From Octopus sinensis (Eukaryota): a stretch of DNA of 64,000 nucleotides. Location of the stretch: the NCBI RefSeq assembly GCF_006345805.1, contig NC_043012.1, positions 11,532,001-11,596,000 on the forward strand, given 5' to 3'. How positions within the stretch are numbered: position 1 is the first letter of the stretch; each line of letters starts with the position of its first letter. The notes below the pieces were generated by a model. It did not search any database. It worked only from the letters and a program-made list of their open reading frames with translations, and had not been told where the DNA came from. Of this stretch, positions 51,653 through 64,000 are shown piece after piece. Made by a program: the position numbers and the translations under genes.

Positions 51653-51785
51653 CTCTAAACAAAGCTTGCCAAAATCTGGAACTGGCCATCAAATCTGCAA
51701 CAGGCGACTGACCTCCTCTGATGGATTCCATGACCACATCCAAGAGATTTACAACTTTCCAAGAAATTGCAATATTTGGAGACAG
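51653..51785 (-). CDS. Candidate internal exon of an unidentified host gene
   Basis: Acceptor ccttgttttcctagcatag|, donor AGAG|gtgagc; open frame LSPNIAISWKVVNLLDVVMESIRGGQSPVADLMASSRFWQALFR. Confidence 0.45.
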
Positions 51786-53024
51786 CTATGCTAGGAAAAC
51801 AAGGAATTTCGTAATTCGACAAAATCAGCGAGACGTATGTGATCATATTAAGCGACAATAATTTATGTGTTCTAATGAATTAATTAACTAACCAAGTAAT
51901 TATAATGCTTTAAATACTATTATGGAATGGTGTAAGAAAATTAAATGATTCTTTCGGCATTAAATCACGTTTGTTTGTTTTTTATTATAAAGGCTCACGG
52001 AGACTTAGATTTAAATATTTTGCTGATTGGGGATGGGGGGGGGGGTTAGATGTTTTCTAGATGGTTCCCAAGCAATGGAAAATCTTCTTAGAGAGGTCTT
52101 GGCCATTGGACAGTGCTCACCGGTATTACCAAATATACCTGACACTGTTATTAAAGACCATATAACAAAACACCCATTTTAATTTAACATGTCTCACTAA
52201 CAGGGATACTATCACATCAAGGAAATGAGGTGGTGATGCGGTGGGGGTGGGGGTGGGGTACCATTCGGAATGCAAAGATTTACTCTTCAAAGTCTAGAGA
52301 ATGTGGTGCAAAGTTACACGAGTACTTATTTTAACCCCCTGTTCTGGGAATGATAAAACAGAGGAAGGGTAATTAGAAAATAACACCTTATTGGTAGACA
52401 ATTCAACCCCAAGAAAAAAAAGAAAATAGATTCGTCTGTAAGGGCATCAACATTCATGGGACCGTAATGTCCATTGGAGAATAAATATACACTGTAATAA
52501 GCTGAGCCACTAAGTGCTTAATATGGCCCCACACGTAGGTGCACACACATTCATACACGTACGCATTCGAAGGGACACACACAAGCATGTACACAAAAGA
52601 ACCGCACAGATAAGTACATAATTACATGTTATGAAATAACACTAAATACCTGTGATTGAGCCGAACAATCCGGGTTGACATGAAAAGAGGACACACACAA
52701 ACAAGAGAGAGAGAGAGCTATACACACACACAAACAAACAAACAAACAACAATGATATTGTTAATAATATATTTTTTTCTTTCGCACAAGGCCAGGGATT
52801 TTGTAACGATGTAAAAGTTGATTATATTCATCCAAATAGTGAGCTTATATTCATTTTATTGAGCCCACGACGACAAAGGGCAATGTTGATCTTGGCAAGA
52901 TTCGAATGAATAAAATACACCAAGGGATATTGGTCACCACTTCACTGATTGCGCCTCTCCTATAATAATAATAAAACCACCACCACCACCACCACCAACA
53001 ACAACGACAACGACAACAATAACC

Positions 53025-53425
53025 CTTTCTACTATAGGCACAAGGCCTGAAATTTTGGGGGAGGGGGATAAATCGATTATATCGACCCTAGTGTGTAACT
53101 GCTACTTAATTTATCGACCGCGAAAGGATGGAGGGCAAAGTCGAACTCGTCGGAATTTGAACTCAGAACATGAATACAGACGAAAACACCTGTTTCTTTA
53201 TTGCCCAAAAGGAGATAAACACAGAGGGGACAAACAAGACAGACAAACGGATTAAGTCGATTACATCGACTCCAGTACATAACTGGTACTTAATTTATCG
53301 ACCCCGAAAGGATGAAAGGCAAAGTCGACCTCAGCGAAATTTGAACTCAGAACGTAACGGCAGACGAAAATACCGCCAAGCATTTCTCCCGGCGTGCTAA
53401 CGATTCTGCCAGCTCTCCACCTTAA
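53025..53425 (-). mobile_element. SINE family E hybrid dimer
   Basis: Two core units with different tail types and one head. Confidence 0.8.
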
Positions 53426-53443
53426 CTAATAATAATAATAATA

Positions 53444-53489
<46 letters not shown>

Positions 53490-53490
<1 letters not shown>

Positions 53491-54050
53491 GAAGGGACGA
53501 AACCATTGACAATATTGTGAACGAATGCCCTAGACTTGACCCAAACCATTGCAAGTTGTGGTGTCATGATAAAGTAACGAAAGTGCTACATTGGAAGCCG
53601 TACAAAAAGTTAGGGCTAGAGAGAGACAAGGCGTAGGATGAGCACAAACCGCAGAGAATGGTGGAGTCGGAGACATGCAAAATCCTCTGGGATTTCCCAC
53701 TCCAAACAGATCAAGTGTTAGAGCGCAACAGACTCGACCCAGTGGTGGACACTGTGCACCACGTGTACTATACAGTTGATGATATGTGACCCTTTGACCC
53801 ACGAATAGTCAAGAAAGAAGACGAAAAATTAAATATATACCATTCTCTTAAGTACGAAATAGACCGACTATGCAAAAATGAAAAAGGTGAAGATAGTGAC
53901 AATTATTGTTTGGTCCATGGGGAGAGTGTCAGAAGGCATCAAGAGGAATATAAAGGAAATCGGAATTGAGTGCCCAGTAGAACTGTTACGAAATGTTTGC
54001 CTCTTTGGCAAAGCCAAAATAATCAGAAAAGTATTAGATAGTTGAAAAGA
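53490..54050 (+). pseudogene. Dong/R4 C-terminal (CCHC + RLE) relic after (TAA)n
   Basis: ETIDNIVNECPRL..HDKVTKVLHW..KILWDFPLQTDQVLERNRLD. Confidence 0.7.
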
Positions 54051-54659
54051 AGAGATAGCATGGTACCGTAGGCTGCAGGTAGCAATCCCGCTACGCAAGC
54101 AAGATTCATAGTAATGGCCTTATATGGAAGAGTATGAGAAACCTTTTATGAAACACTATCAAATGTCGATGAACTGGATTGACAGCAGGGGATCATGTAT
54201 TAGGATTTTAATGCGGATGTTAAGATAAAATTCGAACTCAAGAAATGTGGTGTAGAGCGAAAATACAATAAAAGACGGATGAATGATTAAAAATTGAGTT
54301 AACATAGACACTCTCCCATTAAAAGTAAGAAACGATTATTAAGGGTAAGAAACGGTAGCGAGTATCTGGGTATCCCACAAGTCTGATCAGAGTACAGTCG
54401 AGCATTCTTTCTCTTTCGATTCCATAATTTAGATCTTCGCAATCACTCTGCGAACAACTTGGCCGAACCGCGAAATCTACATTCTCTGGGGAACGCTTAT
54501 CCGTTTTTTCTATCTCTCTCCATTCTTTTCCTTTCGTCTCTTTCTGTAGAAGAGTTTAGGTTCTAAACTTCAAAGACTTTTTCATTCTTCCTGAGCGTCA
54601 AAGTAATATACTTGCTTGTTGTTCCCTCGCTTGCATTTGTCTTTTCTGTACACTCGTAC

Positions 54660-54781
<122 letters not shown>

Positions 54782-54800
54782 TAACCTTACGTGATACACA

Positions 54801-54980
54801 CGGACTCGAGTTTCTGGGTGGCTACTCGTCCCCAGCGTGTGTTAATCACCTTTTTCGAGATCAGCAACAGTTTGTCGATGGAAAAAGCTTATCATATTTT
54901 GCGAATGGAAAGAGTTTTTTTATCACTAGCTTGTAATTAACACGCGTTGAGGACGGATTACGACCCAGACGCTCGAGTCC
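54801..54980. mobile_element. 180-bp MITE-like element with ~45-bp imperfect TIRs
   Basis: ggactcgag..tgtgttaat at the left end and attaacacgc..ctcgagtcc at the right end. Confidence 0.65.
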
Positions 54981-55227
54981 GCTAGAGATAGGAGCGATGA
55001 CCTCTCTTCGCAAATACTAATCGGACACAGAATGTGTGTCGTTAGACAGCTGGAAGAGATGTCTTCCTGGGGCTATAAACGTCTGTAGCACTGTCCTGTA
55101 TAGGACGCCACACTTGGTCGGCAATTATATGTTACGATTCCGTATGGCTACTGTTTATATCACGCTCAGAGATTTAATAAAGCTATATATATTATATATA
55201 ATATACATACATATATACATACATACA

Positions 55228-55735
55228 TGGTGGCTGCCCCCTCGTTATCGAGTATGGCCATTACACGAAGCTTAATCAATGTTGTTATCGTGCAATATCT
55301 GTGCAAGAAGATTTTTTTAACGTGAGGAAAGGCTGTGAACTGAGTCAATCCCACTCACTAAGCAACAGCAGCCATAAACCGAAAAGAAGAACAAGTCAAC
55401 ATCATCGGTAACCACCGAGCCGCAGGATTTATGTCGGAGTTATCCCAGTTACCTTCTCCTAGAAGGATGCCCTAACAGAGGCTAGGAGTCCTTCACTCCC
55501 AATGATTTAACCGCGCGATCGGGTATTCAGTCCGATTATTTCTATGTCCCTGCGCATGATACAGCCTTAAGACATTTATTGGATGGCTGTTGACTCCCAA
55601 GAGTTCCTCCGCCCTTTGACGGGTTTTGTTTTTCATCCCACAGGATGTCCAATAAACACCCTCCTCACCAAGCAAGCTTGGTGGGGTTGCCGGTTTAGTC
55701 GCCGACGACCCGACCATGCAACAGATTGTACTGGG
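55228..55735 (-). mobile_element. Non-coding RTE derivative (UTR-like leader fused to RTE 3' end)
   Basis: 55228-55290 matches the RTE 3' end at 27187-27250, including the (TATG)n tail; the upstream part has no ORF. Confidence 0.5.
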
Positions 55736-55759
55736 TTCGGCAAAAGATACCGATAGGGC

Positions 55760-56449
55760 TTTCTTCAGGTCTGGCACATTTGAATAGGTGACATTACGCT
55801 CTAAGATGGACCAAATAACAAAGTCCATGAGATTGATATCTGGACTTGAGGGGAGCCTTATCATCTTGTCCCAAAAACCGCTGAAATGGTCTTTGCACCA
55901 CCTCTATGTCAAATTGAATGTGTGGGCTGGATAATAAAATGATCACCAAAGGTTTCTTTGACCCAGGGTAACACTTTCTCATCCAAAATTTCCACATAAA
56001 CTTCACTGCTGACTTTGACGCCAGAATCGATGAAGATCAAAGGAGACTTGAACCCATCGGATGCAAATGGGGCCCACACCATGAATGAAGCTTGTTTCTG
56101 ACGGCGTAAACGACTCCTGCAACCTTCAGGCAAGTCCCGTCTATTACGTACATAAAATTCTGTCCTTCTGCCTGTTGGTAACTACCTCCACAGTGAAGAT
56201 CATCTCCTCGGACCAGATCAATATTTTGTTAGTGGCCGGCTTCATCTCAGCTAACATGGTTTTACCCCTGTCGGGCCGTTTCTGCTTTCGACGCCATGTT
56301 TATTTACAAAACTGTTATAGACAAACGAAACAATAGACACATGAACAAAATACATATGCAAATGTTTAAATGAAATGTAAATAATATTACCTGAACCGAT
56401 ATTCTTTTGGAAGTATTAAGCATGAGTAAATCTTTCTGAGGACACCCTG
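55760..56449 (-). mobile_element. Tc1-like element relic (5' TIR and DDE fragments)
   Basis: TA|cagggtgtcctcag TIR; MVWAPFASDGFKSPLIFID..VYVEILDEKVLPW; PSSPDINLMDFVIWSILE. Confidence 0.8.
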
Positions 56450-56455
56450 TATATA

Positions 56456-56536
<81 letters not shown>

Positions 56537-56732
56537 TATATATTATATATATACATATGTATATGTATACATGTATGTGTGTATGTATATATAAAATGTA
56601 AATATATATATATTGGCCTGCTCGCTTAGCCAGCGGGGTGGCGTCATTCGAAGGCTAAAAAACAATGCGAACGCATTGTGACCAGCGATGTGTAACAACA
56701 TCTGATGGTCTGGTCGGTCACGTGATCACGTG

Positions 56733-56787
<55 letters not shown>

Positions 56788-57065
56788 ATCGCATATATGG
56801 TTATATAGAGAGAACATGAGAGAGTTTGGATAAAGAATACGGAAGAAAGATTGTAGATTGTGAGGCTGCAATTCACATGAACCTGCTTGCATATGTGCAC
56901 CTGGGTGTATATTTGCCCCTGCATGAATATTGTGCGTCCTGCGATGGTTCAATTACCAATCATTTATCGGCTTCTTTAATCACTGGAGAAGAAATAAATG
57001 AAACGTCCGATAGTCTATTGATGTATACATAAGTATACATTCACACACCAATACACGTATATGTT

Positions 57066-57112
<47 letters not shown>

Positions 57113-57207
57113 ATACATCATACATATAATATATTTATATTATTTCTTTTCATATACTATTAATGATTATTCATACGTAACATACATATACGCACACGCA
57201 CACAGAC

Positions 57208-57245
<38 letters not shown>

Positions 57246-57625
57246 ACACACTTATATACGTTGATAAATAAGTATCCGGGCTGTTGCCATAGTAACGAAG
57301 CTAAAACACGGAGAGTGAAGCCGTTTGGCACAGATTGACCATAAACTTCGTTGCGCATGCGCGCAGTGAGTTTTAACGTTCTAGCTCACTTTCGCCGTGT
57401 ACAGACGAAACAATTGTAAATTAGTGAAATAAAAAGATTTTGCCCACTCCTTTATCTCTGAGTATGACTGTAAAATGTCTGCGGATATTTCCTGGTTTCC
57501 AGGCTTCTCTTTGATATGTCAGTTTCCACATTGCTCTCTGCCTTGTAGTCTGGATCCGTGAATGAGCTTCATTGGGTGAATTCATGAGTAATACCCGACT
57601 GTTATTATAATTATTATTATTATTA

Positions 57626-57657
<32 letters not shown>

Positions 57658-57689
57658 GTTATTATTTTATTATTATTATTATTATTATT

Positions 57690-58125
57690 GATGAGAGAGC
57701 AGTTCATGCCATCAAAGTGACACTGGGGTAAAATATACGAAGCCCAATATACCCATCATGACTACCCGTCTGATAAGCACACCAGGCACATGCATCACAA
57801 CCATATGTGCGCGCATGGTGATCTCATATCAAGATAAACTGCACATGACCTTGCAGGTGGGGCCCAGTTAGAATTTTCTTCAGGTTGAGTAGCCCATCCC
57901 GCTCAAACGGTCCCTGAATAAGGGTTGTTTAAGGATGTTGAAAAACCCACCCATGTCTCCAGAGGTGAATTATTCAAACCCCAAAGAATCCCTCTCAACA
58001 CATGGCTATGATGCTCCCCCACTACTTCTGCTCGTGATCAGAGATGCACATATCGTCAGCCACTAAGGGACATGCTCAACTGGTTAAGGTCAAACAACTG
58101 ACAAGCAAATCTGTGGTATTGAGCA
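57690..58125 (+). repeat. Copy of the 345-815 repeat family
   Basis: Alignment by eye. Confidence 0.8.
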
Positions 58126-58639
58126 TATTATTATTATCATTATTATTATTATTTATATAAAATTGTGTGTGTTTGTGCTTGTGTTATGTTTGTCGTTCAC
58201 TACCACTTGACAAACGGTGTTGGTTTCTTTATGTTCCTGTAACTTAGCGGTTCGATAAAAGGTACTGACAGGATATATGCACCAGGTTTAAGAACGAAGT
58301 AGTGAGGTCAATTAATCCAGCTAAATTCTTCAAAGTGGTTCCCCAGCATGGCCGCAGTCCAGTAACTGAAACAAGTCTAAAATACATACATCACATCACA
58401 TCACAGCTGCATCCTCGTTACACGAGAAAAGCCATTGTCAAGAAGACTTACTGATATGATTCCTGATTGTTGCCATGTGATGCCCTTATATGACTTTTAA
58501 GCCCAGCCAAGCTTTTATACATTTTATTACATACTAGACAACTGTGCTGGCTGGCAGGAGAAACAGGTGCCACCATATGCACTCCCTTAACATGTCTTTT
58601 TAGACCTCCAGCTGAGAGGCACACCCTTCCACATTTTAC

Positions 58640-59250
58640 TCATGTTCCGTTGTGAACTTTAATAGCCACATCATTGTTTATCATGGGTCGATTTCTGTGA
58701 GAATTTTGATGGCTCACCAGGCCTGCACGACTCAAACACCTCTGCCCATAAACCACACACATAAAAAGCAACACTCTCTCACTTTCCACAGGTTCCCCCT
58801 CCTAAGCCCCTCTCAATTCTCTCATACTTCACTCTCTCCTTCTCAGACCTTGAACAACCATCAAGCACTCTCTTCCTCCATCCATCACGATCTTGTGCCT
58901 CCATCTCCTAATTACCAGCTGCAATTCCTGACTGTGTTAGAGCATTTTAAGGCAATCCTTAAACCTTAGTTTAGGCTTATGCGCTGGTGTCCTGCCATCT
59001 TCCAGCTCACCATACAACAGCTGCTTGGGAAGTCGCTCATCACTCATTCTTACCAAATGTCCCCACCTCAAACGTCTTTGCAAAATCATTGACTCTATAC
59101 TTCTACTGCTACTCCTCTCAAGCACCTCCACATTACTAATGGCCATTTTCCAGTTTGTCCCCCAAATTTTTCTCAGACAGTATTGATGAAATCGTTCCAA
59201 CTGCCTTGCCTGCCTACGGTAAACAACTCATGCCTCACTTCCATATAGCA
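58640..59250 (-). pseudogene. RTE/BovB RT C-terminal relic
   Basis: ERFHQYCLRKI..RRLRWGHLVRMSDERLPKQLLYGEL..KPKLRFKDCLK. Confidence 0.85.
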
Positions 59251-59506
59251 AAGATGGGAGGACGCATGTGTTATATACCTTAACTTTAATTTGTGAAGAG
59301 ACATTATGTTGTTTCCACAGACGCTTATCAAGCTGAAGAAAATTCTGACCGGGCCCCACCTACAAGGTCATGCGCTGTTTATCTTGATATGAGATCTCTA
59401 TGTCGCGCACATATGCTTGTGATGCATGTGCCTAGTGTACCCTTATCAGACATGTAGCCATGATGGGTATACTGGGCTTCGTATATTTGTACTCCAGTGT
59501 CACTTT

Positions 59507-59548
<42 letters not shown>

Positions 59549-59892
59549 TCAAACACATGCAAAGATATATACATATGCATATATACTATGCATGCATCTA
59601 ACCATCCATCCATTTATATATTTGCACATTCATAAACACACACACACACACCCATGTATATATTCGTGTGCACGCGCGCATATGTGAATCCACATTCATA
59701 TCCATGTTTAGGTACAGCTTGTATTGTAATGAATTTCCTTAGATGTTGTCAATAAGGATTTTGTAAACTCTTTGAAAAAGTTGTTGAATGGTAACAGTAA
59801 CATTGTTTTCGTGAGGTCAAATCACTCGTTTAAAGAATATATTAGTCCTATTTAAGCATGCTACCGAAATACATATACATCTCTCTCCCCGC

Positions 59893-59972
<80 letters not shown>

Positions 59973-60439
59973 CCTATCTGTCTTTAGAAAGAAATATAGT
60001 TAGATAGATAGATTGATTGATATATAGTCTGATGTATTGAGCAAATAAACTATTTCAAGTACAGTGACATGAATGTACAAGTGTATAATGCATTTGCAGT
60101 TTATATTATGTTGTATATTGCAAGGACTTATGTCGGCAAACATTATACAGCTATAACACCACCATACGTCACATTACTGTACTGGCAGCGATGAATGTAC
60201 ACATACATACATACATACATACATACATACAACATACATACATACATACAGGTGTGGCTGTGTGGCAAGAAGCTTTCTTCCCAGCCACATGGTTCTGGGT
60301 TCAGGCCCACTGTGTGACAATTTGGGCAAATGTCTTCTACTATAGCCTCGGGTCGACCAAAACCTTGTGAATGGATTTGGTAAACGGAAACTGAAAGAAG
60401 GCCTTAATAATGAAATAAGGCCTTAATGATGAAGAAAAG

Positions 60440-61150
60440 TCTGTCACCATCAAGGAAAGTGCTAAAGGCACCTCTCATCATGTCATTCACGACAGTTCTA
60501 TGTCATTTAGTCAGGGATCCTTCAGGAGATTGCACAGGCGGCTGCGGTCACTTTAATCTCTTCCGGTACACTGACTGGGCCAGCAAGTCTGTCCCAAATG
60601 ATACCAGCCCACAACATGACTCTTTCACCCTGTTGTTGACGTCGTAAACGTTGGTGATGTTCATCTCCAAAACAGACCCAACCATTTGCCCAACCGTAGG
60701 CCCGTCAAGGGTTGCCCTGCTTTCGTCAGTGAACAGAACGCAATTCCTGTCTAACGTCATGTACTTTTGGGCTTATTGAAGCCTCAAATTCCTGTGATGG
60801 GGCGTTAAAGAAGTTTTCAGGGGTTTTCGCACGGAAGCCATGGTCCCACGGATGCAATTTCTGGTGGTTTTCAGTACACGAGAAAGTCTGGAGGCGGTGA
60901 AAATGGCTTTGGTTGTTTCTCCAGGTTTCCGACGCAACTTACAGCCAATATTACTTAAATCCTTAGCTGTCCCAGTGATGGAGGTCCCACAATCGGATCG
61001 TTTCTTCCTTGGCGAAGGGTTCAGAAAACTGAACTAAATTAAGAACTACGTTACACAGAATAATGAGAACATAACAATGGTGTTGCCATAGTGTGCAAAC
61101 CAGCTGCGAAAAATGTTATGAAAAATTGATTCTTAGAAAACCGAGGAATC
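60440..61150 (-). pseudogene. Tc1 transposase relic
   Basis: VLFTDESRATLDGP catalytic-D1 motif. Confidence 0.8.
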
Positions 61151-61264
61151 CTAAATTTCACTCCTTGAAAAGAAAAGAAAACTAAAAGAAAAGAATATAT
61201 GTATACACACACATATTATATATATATATAATATATATAATATCTATATATATATAGTATATAT

Positions 61265-61307
<43 letters not shown>

Positions 61308-61319
61308 ATATATATATAG

Positions 61320-61397
<78 letters not shown>

Positions 61398-62047
61398 TGC
61401 AGGAGTGGGTGTGTGGTAAGTAGCTTGCTAACCACCACATGGTTCCAGGGTCAGCCCATTGTGTAGAACCTTGGGTAAGTGTCTTCTACTATAGTCTCGG
61501 ACCGACCAAAGCCTTGAGTGGATTTGGTAAACGGAAACTGAAAGAAGCCGTTCAAATAGGAGACTCCAATCTTAGTTTTTAACTCGGGTATTATTTTAAC
61601 TATGATGCTTTTACATAAGTAATGTCCAATGTCCGATTTTGATGGGCATATTAATCTTACTTGTGGTCCTTAAGTTTTACCCAAGACTTGTTTCTTTTTT
61701 TTTGGGGGGGGGGCATTGGGCCATTCCCGTATCGTGCTTCCTTAGAGTTATTACTATTCCCAATCCTTTGTTGCTTATATTAGCTAAGGTGTAGATGGGT
61801 GTTATTTTTTGTTTGCTAAGCATTTAGTTTTGGATTAAACTATTGTATAGTGTGGGTGTTTACAATATAAAGATTATCAGTTTTGTTCGCGGGTACAATT
61901 ATTCCGTCTGTGTCTTAAAAGACCTCCAGTATTTTTCTCAATTTCCGTTGGCTTTCGTTTTATCTTTGCTGGGCATTTCCTGAATTATTTGCTCCGTATA
62001 CATACATACATAAATACATACATACTACATATACATACATACCATAC

Positions 62048-62111
<64 letters not shown>

Positions 62112-62340
62112 ATATATATATATATGTAGTATGTATTTATGTATGTATGTATGTATGTATGTTATGTATGTATGTATCTGCTTTCGGTGCGATAGGAAGG
62201 CCTTTTTTTCTGTTGAGGTCTTATATGCCCCTTTATTAAACTATTTTCCTTAGTCAATGCACGGTCATCGCCATAAGATTTAAGCTTATACAATATATAT
62301 GTATACATATGTATGTATATATATGTATGTAGTATGTATG

Positions 62341-62377
<37 letters not shown>

Positions 62378-62534
62378 ATGTATGTATGTATATATATATA
62401 TATGTGTGTATGTATATATGTATATATATTTATATGTATGCATATGTGTGTGTCTGTGAGTGTGTATGTGTAAGTATGTAATATATTTCCACGCACGTAA
62501 GTATATACGCGCACAAGTGTCGCAGTGATTCATG

Positions 62535-62878
62535 CACACACACACAACACACACACACAACACCACACACACACACACACACACACACAATACACACACA
62601 CACACAATACACACACACACACACAATACACACACACACACAATACACACACACACACACACACAACACACACACACACACACACACACAATACACACAC
62701 ACAATACACACACACAATACACACACACACACACACACACACAACACACACACACACAATACACACACACACACACACACACACAAAACACACACACACA
62801 ATACACACACACACACACACAATACACACACACACACAATACACACACGCACAATACACACTCACACACACACACAGA
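62535..62878. repeat. (CA)n with periodic caata interruptions
   Basis: Direct reading. Confidence 0.95.
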
Positions 62879-63118
62879 GTGCACTAATTACAGATAAAAC
62901 ATTAAAAGTTATGTATTTGTAAACATGAAGTATGAAGACTGGAAACAATAATACCGACGGACCCATTGACGTCAGTGAACCAGTAACGTACCATTCTCTG
63001 ATTATCACAACAGCCAGTTGTACGATTAAACTGTGTAAATGGCAGAAATTTACGCAATGTTATTGTTGTTGCTGTTGCTGTGGTCGTCGTCGTTGTTGCT
63101 GTTGTTGTTGTTGTTGTT

Positions 63119-63150
<32 letters not shown>

Positions 63151-63443
63151 TATTATCATTCGTTTTTTATTACGCAAGTGTATGCTAATTTAGTTAACAG
63201 GTATTTTATCTTGACGTTTGGTGATAACAAGTCTCTTCGAATCTCTAGAATCTTCCTTAGGATTCTTGTAGAATATAGGATGGTACATTTCAACAGGTTG
63301 ACAATACGAGTTTCAATTCCAATTTCTCTTACCCTTTTAGTTAGCATTTTGGGTGTTGAGCCTAGTTCACCAATTACGACTCTGCTATCATAGGGATTTG
63401 GAAAAATCTATATCGCAATACATACACATATATACATAAATAA

Positions 63444-63498
<55 letters not shown>

Positions 63499-63513
63499 CA
63501 TATATATATATAC

Positions 63514-63544
<31 letters not shown>

Positions 63545-63789
63545 TGTACGTATGTATGTATGTATAATATATATATATATATAATAATATATAATATATA
63601 TATACCTACATATATATACATATACATATACATATATATATACATATATATACATATATATATAGATATATGTATACATATATATACATATATAAATATT
63701 ATATATATATATATAATATATATATATATGTATGTATATATATATACATACATATAATTCTATATATATACATCTATATTCTGTTGTGA

Positions 63790-64000
63790 AGGCGCATGGC
63801 TCAGTGGTTAGAGCGTCGAGCTTACGATCGTGAGGTTGTGAGCTCGAATCCCGGACCGGGCTGCGTGTTGTGTTCTTGAGCAAGGCACTTTATTTCACGT
63901 TGCTCCAGTTCACTCAGCTGTAGAAATGAGTTGCGACGTCACTGGTGCCAAGCTGTATCGACCTTTGCCTTTCCCTTGGATAACACTGGTGGCGTGGAGA
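63790..64000 (+). mobile_element. SINE family C, truncated by the window end
   Basis: Near-identical to 26655 onward. Confidence 0.9.

Noticed and set aside
52050-52200. Possible exon on either strand, including a GPCR TM1-like SGIFGN
   Set aside because: Upstream in-frame stop, incompatible splice phase, and equally plausible readings on both strands.

Overview
This is AT-rich eukaryotic genomic DNA, dense in microsatellites and transposon debris, with one 100-N scaffold gap. The tRNA-derived SINE families and the repeat landscape point to a coleoid cephalopod, probably Octopus; that call is from recognition, not a database search. Almost all ORFs in the supplied track are microsatellite or repeat artefacts. 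Supported content: at least four tRNA-SINE families, a nearly full-length but frameshifted R4/Dong-type non-LTR element in (TAA)n plus relics, CR1, RTE and L1/Tx1-like fragments, Tc1/mariner, pogo, MULE-like and Helitron non-autonomous elements, and a few candidate host exons. The main discovery is a set of non-coding repeat families carrying type I hammerhead ribozyme (HHR) folds, found by reading the sequence. It comprises two tandem-plus-inverted arrays (478 bp and about 505 bp units), a family with a 59-nt extended helix II and compensatory changes between two copies, a tRNA-head/HHR composite, and decayed variants. They share the inverted-5'-copy architecture of Penelope-like elements and retrozymes, sit in or beside (TA)n or (TAA)n tracts, and the tandem arrays predict unit-length, possibly circular RNAs. 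A 2-kb SINE multimer enclosed by a single 19-bp target-site duplication is also notable.
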